Shown piece after piece: positions 53,349 to 63,086 of a DNA stretch of 63,086 nt (position 1 is the stretch's first letter; every line of letters begins with the position of its first letter). The position numbers and the translations under genes were made by a program. This stretch comes from Carcharhinus longimanus (lineage: Eukaryota). The stretch lies in NCBI GenBank assembly GCA_030264375.1, contig JASCQW010000072.1, positions 47,543,394 through 47,606,479 of the forward strand, given 5' to 3'. The notes beneath the pieces were generated by a model. It did not search any database. It saw only the letters and a program-made list of their open reading frames with translations, and was not told where the DNA came from.

Positions 53349-54116
53349 ATGTTCCATTACTCTTCCAAGATTTGCAATTTCACTTATAGAATTTGAGAAA
53401 ATAAATGAATTGTGGCTCATATGGTTTTATAAAAAAAGAGGATTAAGATGTGAAATTCTCTGTTTATAAATTGTTAGCCCATAATTTCAAAACAGGAATC
53501 TAGATAGATATTGAAGAGTACTATTGATCTCCCATAGCACTGAGTAAAGGAGTCGAAAACTGTAAATTTCATGTGAATCGGCATGAAAAATGAGAATAAT
53601 TGAAAAATACATGTGTATTGTCACCATTTAAAATTATACATTCTGCTCTTAAACTTCTAATGTTACATTAGAAATTCCTATATAATTTTTTTGAATGGAA
53701 ATCACTTTGGCAAACATGTTGGACTGTAATTCTCCCTATTCCCAGCTACCATGAGATTTACTTGAAATTCCTAGCTACCGTGAGACTTACTTAAATTGCC
53801 TGAGGTGACAATGTTTTGTTAAATGAAGTTACAAATCCTGGAAGAGCAGTGGAACATAATCACTTATCTTGTATTACGACACACAGCTATCATGAGACTT
53901 AAATCAGCAGAGATGGCAGTGCAGCTAATTAGCAAATTTCCATGGTGCAAATTCACAACAAGATGACCTAAATTAACTGGTCAGTTCCTGTAATTTTGGT
54001 GCATCTGATAAATATAAAAAAAGAAAAGGCAAACTGACTTTTTAAATAGAAAACTACCTTTACTGCTACAGTTTAAAAATGCAGAACAATGTATGTTATA
54101 TAAAACTCTACACTGG
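52618..54116 (+). repeat. Diverged direct duplication: copy 52618-52698 plus 53019-53223, source 53780-54116
   Basis: tggaacataat...gagacttaaatc.gcag and agatggcagtgca...aaaatgcagaacaatgtat...ctgg are present in both. Confidence 0.93.
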
Positions 54117-54399
54117 TAGGAATCAAATTTCCATATAAAACTTAATATAATTTTAAAAATCTAAATAACAGGACAGAATAACATACAACATAATCCAAAC
54201 TGCTTTTCATAATACAAATGTCAACCTCACAAACTCATGCTTTAATTAAAAAGATAAACATGTAAAATTAACTAATTTGAATAGTATGGAATACAGCATA
54301 CTCTACTAGCTGAAGTGCCTCTAAAACTTTGCCACCAGTATCCTTAATTGGATCAAGCCCCAGTTATACATGTGCACTGAGGTACATGGATCCTGGTAT

Positions 54400-54800
54400 G
54401 GTAGAACCTCGATTTTAAAATTCTCTTCCTCATTTTTGAATGCCCCTGTAGTTTTCTGTCTCTCCTATCTCTATAACCTCCTCCAGCTTGACATCCCAGC
54501 CAGACTTCTCCATTGCTCCATTCCAAGCCTGTTTCACTTTCCCAAATTTCATCGTTCCCTGAATGGCAGTGGAACCTGCAGCTAATTAGGTCCTAAGATC
54601 CAGAATATCCTCTGCAACTCTGTCCCCATTTCTTTCCCCTTAAGATATTCCTGAAAACCTCCAGCTTTGGCCAAGCTTTTGGTCATCTATCCTAACAGCA
54701 ATTTATGTAACTCAATTTTGAACTGTCTTTGATAATGCCCCTGTGTAGCACCTTTTGGACATTTCACTGATTAAATTTACTATATAAATGCAAGTTGTTA
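54400..54800 (+). mobile_element. L2-type LINE 3' end
   Basis: ctcgattttaaaattctc...cctatctctataacctcctccagc...actatataaatgcaagttgtt. Confidence 0.7.
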
Positions 54801-55789
54801 CATATGCATTATTTTGTCTGAGATCTTTAAATTAGCTTTTGGCTAGACAATAGATCAGAATGCAAGCATCAATAATAATGTATATTAGGGACATATGTTA
54901 TGACTATAGTGTTTTCTCACGTTGTTACCGGCTGATACAACTTGAAGAATTTTGATTAGGTGCACTCACCTCTTTCAAATACTATGAATGTCCATTTTGT
55001 CATTTTAAACTCAAGTTTAACTTTGTGGGTTCAATTATGACCTCAAATCCTGAATTACTTAAAATCTTACAACATGCTTATTTTCAAACCACTGTATTTG
55101 AGATTATCTAATTATCCTCCAAATTGGTCACCTAGCAATTTGAAACAAATCCAGAGGTACATGTAGAAAAACAATTCAAAATTTAATGTCTTCATCACTG
55201 GTATTGAAAACAATTGGCCAATACAATTATTGCAGTATTTTAACAATATACATATATAAATCAGGCCTCTGAACAGACATTGCAATGTGGAACCGAGCAA
55301 ATCACTGGAAGATCTTACATCTGATCCCCAGTCTGCCTTGCATTATCCAATTTCACGCAAAGAAATAATCATGGGCCTAAGGAATGAAAGGTACAGTTAT
55401 AAATCATGCAGGAAGCTTTTACTCTCTATTGCTGGTAACACAATCAGGATAAGATGCATAAAGAACATGCAATCATTCTGCTGGAAAGAGGAAGCATTGA
55501 ATGATTCGTCCAATTGCTGTGTAGTAACCCATGCTAGCTCAACACTAGTGGATATCCAATGAATCAGGCCTGTGAGAACCCTGTAAATACTCACTATTAG
55601 ACTCAATTGAAGAATGACCACTTGAGTGAGGTACCAAAGGGCAGCCAGCATTCATGGAACCATAACCCTTTGGCGGGTCCATCACCTTTAGGCAAGGCAT
55701 GCAGAAATTTGACAAGGCCAAAGGAAAGCAAAAAGTACTATGACTGTTTTAGTCCTCCGAATGATTTCTGAAACATTGAGCATGTCATG

Positions 55790-56530
55790 ATAGTGAAGGC
55801 ATGGCACAGGAGGAGGCCATTTGGCCCACTGTGTCTGCAATGGCTCTATGAATGGCACGAGTGCCATTGTCTTGCCTTCACCCCATAATTAAAAAGCAAC
55901 AATGTGTAACTTTATCAGTCCTTTGAATGCATCAATTGAAACTGCCTCCACCACATTTTTAGAAAGTGCAATTTTGTGAACATTTTCTGCACTCTCTCAA
56001 ATAGCTTCACGTCCTTCCTAAAGTGTGATGCCCAATACTGGACCTATTACTCCAGCTGAGGCTGAACTAATGTCTTATACAAGTTCAAAATAATCTTCCT
56101 GTCTTATACTCATGTCCCTATTATTTAAGTTTGAGGATACTCTGTGCTTTATTAACCACATACTCAACCTGTCCTGCCACCTTCAATTACTTAATCCCAT
56201 ATATACCTAGGTCTCTCTACTCCTGCATTCCCCTTTAGGGTATATTTTCCCTTCATGTTCTTCCTACAAAAATGAATCATCTCGCATTGAACTTCATCTG
56301 CCATCTGCCCAACCATTCCAACTTGTCCATGTCCCTTTGTCATTCTACACTATCCTCCTCGGTTTACAAATGTTTCCACAAGTTTTGGAATTCTGCCCTG
56401 TACGCCAAGGTTCAGTTCACTGATCGACATCAGGAAGAGCAAAGGTCCCATAACTGACCCCTGGGAAATTTCACTACAAACTTTCTTCCAGCCTGAAAAA
56501 CATCGATTAACCATTATCCTTTGATTCCTG
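55790..56530 (-). mobile_element. CR1-type LINE 3' fragment
   Basis: Reverse-complement tail cacaggaggaggccatttggccc; RT motif GVPQGSVLGP-like at 56445-56465. Confidence 0.8.
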
Positions 56531-56689
56531 TTTGCTTGCTCTAGCTGTGCAACTTCTCAAAGACAGTCGTCCTGAAAAAGTTGCTATTATAGAACAATTT
56601 TTTGAAATATGATTACTAAGTTTTGTTTTTTAATTTAAAGATGAAACCAATCTGAAAACCTCTCAAAAACGTTAAGGAATGGGAAAATT

Positions 56690-56960
56690 CAACTTTGGCA
56701 ATATCTCCCAACCTGTGACCTCCACTATGGTCATGGACAGCGGCCGCAGGTGCACAATAACACTTTGGATTCCAAACTTCCCTCCATGTCTCAGAAATAT
56801 AATGCCATTCCTTCATGGTTGCAGGATCAAAACGCTGGAACTCTACCTAAGAGTGATGGAGCATTTTCACCAAATGAAATGTCTGATCAAGACAATCCAT
56901 CACCTCCTTCCCAAAGGCAGCTAGGGACAAGCAGTCTTACCAGCAACATCCACATCCCCA
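56690..56960 (+). mobile_element. Shark CR1-group LINE 3' end
   Basis: ggatcaaaacgctggaactc...caccttcc...gccagcaacatccacatccc-like tail shared with 60290 and 58380. Confidence 0.6.
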
Positions 56961-57369
56961 AGAGTGCTCATTTTAAAAACTATGCTGTGGCTGAAATAAC
57001 ATTTGTCCACAAATTCCAATGATGACAAAATACTATGCAATCCTTAAGTCATATGAGTGTAAATATAAATTTGTACAGGCAATTCCCTATACAAGAATTC
57101 ATAACCCTAACTGGCACCAGACCATCAAAATGCCAAAAGCTTGTTACTTGCCCAGAGGGAAGAAATAACTGGAGAATGAGTTGTGCCACTGCATAATCAA
57201 AAGCATAATTATGCTTTTAAAATCTACTGGTCACCCTGAAATCCACTCCACTATTTCAAGGGCCAAGTGACAAATAAATGCACACTCAATTTTTTAAGAT
57301 CATTTTACTATTATTATCGTAATTGCTATCTGAACTCCAAAAAGGTCATTCTGAAGAGAGCTTCAAGAT

Positions 57370-59150
57370 TTATACAGCATGAGGAATTGACTACATGTTC
57401 TTTGATGAAGTATTGGAAAGAGTTGATGAAGGTAGTCGGACCAATATGGTGCATATGGGATTTCAAAAGGTTTTTTTAAATTCATTCATATTCAAGACGC
57501 GGGCACTGTTAGCATTTATAGTCCATCCCTAACTTCTCGAACTGTTGCCATTTGTGCATTCTAGGTACACCCACAGTGCTGGTAGAAAGGGAGTTCCAGG
57601 ATTTTGACCCATAAAGTACCATATAATAAAATTAATAAAACCGGAAGGCAAAAGCTACACGGCCAAAACTGGTTAAAGGATAGAAAGTAGTGTGTTGTGA
57701 TCAACTGTTGTTTTTCAAACTGGAGAGAAGTATTTAACAATGCAACTTAGAGCTTAGTATTGACACTCATTAATGGCTTGGGACTGAACATGCAGGGTAT
57801 AATTTCTAAATTTACAGATGACAGGAAACTCACAACTGTAGTGAAATGAAGACATGGAACATAGAACACTACAGCACAAACAGGCCCTTTGGCCCACTAG
57901 TTGCGCCGATCAACTGAGTAGCTGAGTCAAGCGGTTTCTCGACAGTTTGATAAAATAGGCAGATAAACGGCAGTTACAATTTAATGCAAGTATGGTGGTT
58001 CATTTGAATGGGGAGAATAAGGAGGGGCAAATGTAGTGATATTACCACTGGACTACCAGAAACCCAGTGTAATGCTCTGGGGACCCAAGTTTGACTCCCA
58101 CCACGGCAAATATTGAAATTTGAATTCAATAAAAATATGGAATTAAAAATCTAATGATGATCATGAAATCATTACTGATTGTTGCAAAACCCACATGGTT
58201 CACTACTGTCCTTGAAGGAAGGAAATCTGCCATCCTTACCTGGTCTGGTCTGTATGTGCCTTCAGACCCACAGCAATGTGGTTAACTCATAAAATGTCCT
58301 CCAAAATGGGCTAGCGACCCACTCAATTCAAGGGCAATTAGGAATGGGCAATAAACACTGGCCTCGCCATTGATGCCCACATCACATGAACAAATAAAAA
58401 ATATATATAAATGAAACGGCAAATATTCAAGGGACTGCAACAAGATTGACCTGAGGCAATATGTTTGCAAATCTTTGAAGGTATTGAGACAAGTTTCAAT
58501 TTATTTGTTCACAAGCTATGGGCTGACTAGGCCAGCATTTATTGACCTTTCATGGCTGAGAGGTCTCTTATAAAGGCACACAGAATATTTGACTTAATAG
58601 AGGCATAGGGTATAAAATCAAGGAAGTCATTGTAAACTATCATTCAGCATCATTTCAGTTGATGTGGCCAATTCTGTACTCCAAACCTTAAGGGGAAAAT
58701 GCACTACAATTGTACCAGAGTTGAAAGACTGATCACATAGAGACAATAAACAAAGTAGGATTGTTTCCTTAGAGCACAGAAGTTTAAGGAAGATTTGGTG
58801 GAGATGCTCAAAATCATGGAAAATTTTGATTAAGTAAGGAAACCTGTTTCCAGTGGCGGAAGGGTCAGTAATCAGATAGGACACATTTAAAATCAATTGG
58901 CAAAGAATCAGGAGCAACATAAGAAAAGACGTTGTGAGCTGGTGTGATCTGAAAGGTACTACCTGAAAGGGTGAGGGGAAGATTCAGTAATAACTTTCAA
59001 AAGTGATTTGAGCAAAAAACTGAACAGGGAAAATTTGCAGGGGTATAAGGACAGAGCAACACTGGGGCTAAATTAATAGATTTACAAAGAGTCAGTTCAA
59101 GTACAATGAGCTCAATTTGCTCCTACTGTCCTGTACTATTCTACAATCAT
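57370..59150 (+). mobile_element. Decayed CR1 LINE RT-3' with several nested inserts
   Basis: YMGFQK-like at 57453, KFTDDRKL, FKINW..IR and a 3' UTR ending ctgtactattcta. Confidence 0.75.
58030..58400 (+). mobile_element. tRNA-derived SINE sharing its 3' tail with the CR1-group LINE
   Basis: tagtgatattaccactggac...aagtttgactccc head; tail aagggcaattaggaatgggcaataaa...gatgcccacatc. Confidence 0.75.
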
Positions 59151-59539
59151 GGATGAAAGGGTGGGGATAAAAATTATACATATATCATCAAAAATACTAA
59201 GATATGTATTCCAAGAAGCATTTGTAAAAATGCAATTAAGTGTACCTATTTGATTTGCTTGAAATCCTACTCAGGCCATCAGACCAAAGAGCTTCAGCTG
59301 CAAATGATTGAAAAATTTGATAAAAACTTTCACTGAAAGAGTAGAAAGAGGATCATTCGGAAAACCACCAGCAAATGTTTTTGCCTCTTGTACAGCTTCC
59401 AGGAGGAAAAACTTGGTACAAATGTGAAAGAACTCAGTAGGTGGACCATCAAGAATCAGATACCTGATCACAGCAGTATGACATTTAGCGACACTGACAG
59501 CTAAGACAGAACAGGCTGTTCAGATCTATGAATCCCACA

Positions 59540-60290
59540 TTAGTATATAATAGGACAAAGCAGCCTGGTCATCAGTGCAATTAAGTCCACCAATGTAAAC
59601 ATTCATGCCTCCATTACCAATGTGCAGGGACAACAGCGTGAACCACATGCAAGATGCACCACAACAACTCAACAAGCCTCTTTTTGGGCGGCACGATAGC
59701 ACAGTGGTTAGTACTGCTGCTTCACAGCTCCAGGGACCTGGGTTCGATTCTCGGCTCGGGTCACTGTCTGTGTGGAGTTTGCACATTCTCCTCGTGTCTG
59801 TATGGGTTTCCTCCGGTTTCCTCCCACAGTCCAAAGATATGCGGGTTAGGTTGATTGGCCATGCTAAATTGTCCCCGAGTGTCCTGGGATGTGTAGGTTA
59901 GAGGGATTAGAGGGTAAATGGGGATATGGGGGTAGGGCCTGGGTGGGATTGTGGTCAGTGCAGACTTGATGGGCCGAAGGGCCTGTTTCTGCACTGTAGG
60001 GCTCTACGTTCTATGTTCTTTCGACAATACCTTCCAAACCTGCAATCTCTAGAATAAATGCAGCGGGTGCAATTTGCAAGCTCCCCTCCAAACGACACAC
60101 CAACCTGACATGGAACAAAATCATCGTTCCTTTATTGTCACTGGGTCAAAATTCTGGAAAATCCTTCCTAACAGCACTGTAGGTGTATCTACATCAGATG
60201 GACTACAGCGGTTCAAGGCTCATCACACTTGAGAACAATTAGGGATGGGTAACAACGCTGGCTTTGCCAGCAATGACAATAAGCCTTGAA
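59540..60290 (+). mobile_element. Shark CR1-group LINE 3' end interrupted by HE1
   Basis: caggacaaagcagcc-like start, ccttccaaacc, gggtcaaaattctggaa, attagggatggg tail. Confidence 0.8.
59686..60019 (+). mobile_element. HE1-type V-SINE (well preserved)
   Basis: gggcggcacgatagcacagtggttag...gggttcgattctc...V-domain...gcactgtagg tail. Confidence 0.92.
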
Positions 60291-60779
60291 AGAACTAATA
60301 AATTACATTCCTCTACATGAGAAAACGATGACGATCATAGCTACTATTCAACTATCTTGCTTGGACATAACTATTTACCCATGTCACCATTATTCCCGAA
60401 CTTGAGGACATGATTCTCAGTGATTAGAATTAAACCTACTTTTCTGCTAGCTGGAGGGGTCTGTTTGCAACCAGTTAAGAAACAGCTTAATTGACATTGG
60501 AACTAATTTCAAAGCTACTACAGAAGTACATGCTCAAAAAGGCAATCATATATCCTACATTACGTAACGGGAGGAAGAAAAGCAACCGAGCCAATAAAAC
60601 CACTGCCTCAAACTGGCTTAATGGCAAAACTCATCTGAATCAGTTTTGCATTAGGGCTTTTTAATTACCATCTCATTCATGGATTTTCCCTTTTAGCTAA
60701 ATTGCTAAACGCATTATTCTCAGGATTCAAAAAGAAAAGTACTTGAAGAGGGGAGTTAACCATGTTCAGAATCTCTGGC

Positions 60780-61240
60780 TGCAGAAGTCTGGACCCTGAA
60801 TGCCAATCTGCAGTTGAAAAAGTTGAAAGCAGTCCTCCTGAACACGGCAGTCCTGGCCCACCTGAATTTTGATCAGTCGTTTGTGCTGTTAGTTGGCAGA
60901 CTTGTTAATGTTTTGAGGACCCATTCATGTCAGGTTGTAGAGCATGAGGTCAAGGCTGCTTCACAGTTTTTGCCAATCTTTCAGCAAAGCCCAGACACAT
61001 CACCTGCTTCATAGATTAGAAAGTGGGCTTATAACAACCCTGATTCAGACTCAAGTGAAACTAAAGCTGGGTGCCAGTAAACAAAGCTGGGTGCTGTATG
61101 ACTTTGAATTCAAGTATAGTACAGGGAGAGTGCTAAGACTACCTCAGCTGTGTGCTACTTGTGAAGAAGTTAAGACAGCTGCTCACTCACAAGACTTTTT
61201 AACTGAATGCAAAGATGTGAAGGAGAGAAATAGTCACAGA
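60780..61240 (+). mobile_element. Ty3/Gypsy pol relic (RT connection/RNase H)
   Basis: W..ECQ...KKLKAVLLNTAVLAHLNFDQSFVL and WVLYDFEFKYSTG resemble Gypsy KLK..L..APVLAHPDF..PF.L and W.L..YDF.I.Y..G. Confidence 0.65.
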
Positions 61241-61424
61241 TGAATTCCACTGTACTATCGATTGTGACAATATTTAAAATATTTCTGCCTTTTTCAATAT
61301 GCGACTGAACTTATTTCTAAAGCTGTTACATCAATCATATTTTCTAAACATTGCCCTTTGGATCTCCTTATTAGTAAGTGTGTCTTCTAGGGTAGCATTA
61401 GTAGTGAGGGAGAGGGGAAGTGAT

Positions 61425-61770
61425 GGAAGGAGTCACAGTAGTAATGTCACTGGACTAGTAATCCAGAGGCCCAAGCTAATATTCTGGGGGAAAGGGGTTC
61501 AATCCCACCACAGATGGTGGAATTAACATTCAACTACTGATTTGGAACTAAAAAACTGGCATCAATAATGGCGACCATGAAACCATTGTTGATTGTAGTA
61601 AAAACCCATATCGTTCACTAATGTGTTTTGGGAAGGAAACCTTACCTGGTCTGTGACTCCAGACTGACAACAGAAAATGGCTGAGCAAACCATTCAGCTC
61701 AAGGACATTTAGGGATGGGCAACGACTGTTGCCTTGCCAGTGATATCCACATCCCATGAATGAAGAAGTT
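61425..61770 (+). mobile_element. tRNA-derived SINE (same family as 58030)
   Basis: gtaatgtcactggactagtaatccagagg...ggttcaatccc; tail tagggatgggcaa...gccagtgatatccacatccc. Confidence 0.75.
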
Positions 61771-62069
61771 TTAAGAAATAATTCCACTTGCAGAATAATC
61801 TTCTGGAAGTATTACAGTTTACTCCTGCAGTGTAGACAATGAAAAATTGATTTCTCTCATCAATAACGTACTCTTCATTCTCCAAATGAAGTACTGATAC
61901 CATGCCCCCTCCCCATCTATCCATGCACACTAATATAAGTTCCAGTTTTGAATTAAAATGCATTATTAAGCCATGGGACAAATGAAGCAAATACTAAGAT
62001 TTGTTGACTAGAAAAACATTAAAATTACAAAAGCAATAAAATAAGGACAAATTTCAACTGTAAAATACA

Positions 62070-62180
62070 GACTTGAAGCGTTAACTGTTTCTCTCTCCAC
62101 AGACGCTGCCAGACCTAAGTTTTTTTCAGCATTTGGTTTTAATTTCAGATTTCCAGCACTAGCAGTATTTTGCTTTTAAG
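62070..62180 (+). mobile_element. Penelope-like terminal repeat fragment
   Basis: gaagcgttaactgtttctctctccacagacgctgccagacc...ttcagatttccagca...gcagtattttgctttt, homologous to 29260-29350. Confidence 0.6.
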
Positions 62181-62599
62181 TAACAAATGTATATTCTTCA
62201 AGCAAATCATTCTCACTAAGCAGATTACCAATCCGGATTTCTCTCTTTTGTTGAGAGGGAAATCACCCACCCCATATTCAGCATGTTATCTAAAGGGAAC
62301 AATAAATGCAGCAAAGCTATTTCTAGCATGAAGATAACAAGGCTAAATACTTGTTAACCAACAAGGATAAAAGAGTAGCATACTATAATACAGTACTTGA
62401 TTTTGATTATTTTATTTACAGGCATCCTCAGTCAGTCGATAAACTTATCTGACAAACAGCTAAGCTTTACATACTAGAGGACTTGAATTTTGTAGTCAGC
62501 ATCGAAAGAATGGCATCACCATTCACCTCACTGATAGCTAGGGCTTCAGAACAGAAACGCACTCTAATTGGGCTGCTGAAACAATCAGATTGAGGAATC

Positions 62600-62618
62600 C
62601 AGAGAGAGAGAGAGAGAG
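62600..62618 (+). repeat. (AG)n microsatellite
   Basis: Direct reading. Confidence 0.9.
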
Positions 62619-62871
62619 GGAGTCTAAAGCAGGAGATATAAAGAACAAGTAGATTTAAATCATGTACAGAATGCGAAAAATACTAGGAAAATCAGATAAG
62701 ATTAAGAAACAAAGATTGAGATAAATTTTTAAAGTGTTAAAAATTATTGTTTTTAAATCTCCAACACTAATGAACTTGTGAAGAAATAAAGTTCCACTCT
62801 TGTAAAAACAAATTTTGCAGGTCAGATGGGTTATTTGCCAGCAACTATCATGCCATGAAAAATCCACTTAC

Positions 62872-62989
62872 CCAGATAAAGTATTTTCTTGATGTCTTTC
62901 ACAAGAAAGTAGTGTGCAAGTAACCCAACTTTATGCCATTCAATGGATTTCATTATCAAGTTTATCCGAGAGCTACTGTTACGTGAAAC
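62872..62989 (-). other. Candidate 118-nt 5' exon (probably ZNF800 5' UTR)
   Basis: ttcccccttctccgtag|GTTTCACG...TATCTGG|gtaagt. Strong sites at both ends in non-repetitive, CpG-retaining sequence. Confidence 0.55.
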
Positions 62990-63086
62990 CTACGGAGAAG
63001 GGGGAATCTCTTGACGGCTGCTTCTAGATTTCCAGTTTTAATTGCACATGCAATGATGCCAGAAGTTGCTGTTACAGTCAGCAGGG

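Noticed and set aside
53742-53796. ~29-bp tandem duplication (agctacc.tgaga.ttactt.aa.tt)
   Set aside because: Only two units and no spacers; an ordinary local duplication, not an array.

Overview
Vertebrate genomic DNA, almost certainly a shark or other elasmobranch: it is dense in HE1-type V-SINEs, HER1/CR1 LINEs, Deu-domain SINEs and Penelope fragments, and has several N gaps. The only recognisable host gene is ZNF800 on the minus strand. Its coding exons are 22870-22960 (whole exon 22870-22984), 20167-20262, 18642-18785 and a large zinc-finger exon 1-1573 that runs off the window. The ORF track misses the large exon because no stop is reached. The rest is intron or 5' region filled with decayed transposons, including a Tigger/pogo transposase relic, a Gypsy pol relic, Rex1, L2, Penelope with degenerate hammerhead motifs, and Harbinger-like MITEs. 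The most notable observations are: (1) a set of candidate alternative ZNF800 exons, namely a 9-nt frame-preserving microexon with SRRM4-type architecture, a 13-nt ATG-bearing microexon in frame with the CDS, an alternative ATG exon, a distal 5' exon and a 70-codon overlapping ORF; (2) a single CR1 copy (~51080-53348) that contains two templated copies of its own flanking DNA, one inverted (~415 bp) and one direct (~270 bp). Repeat boundaries are approximate and family names come from recall, not database searches.
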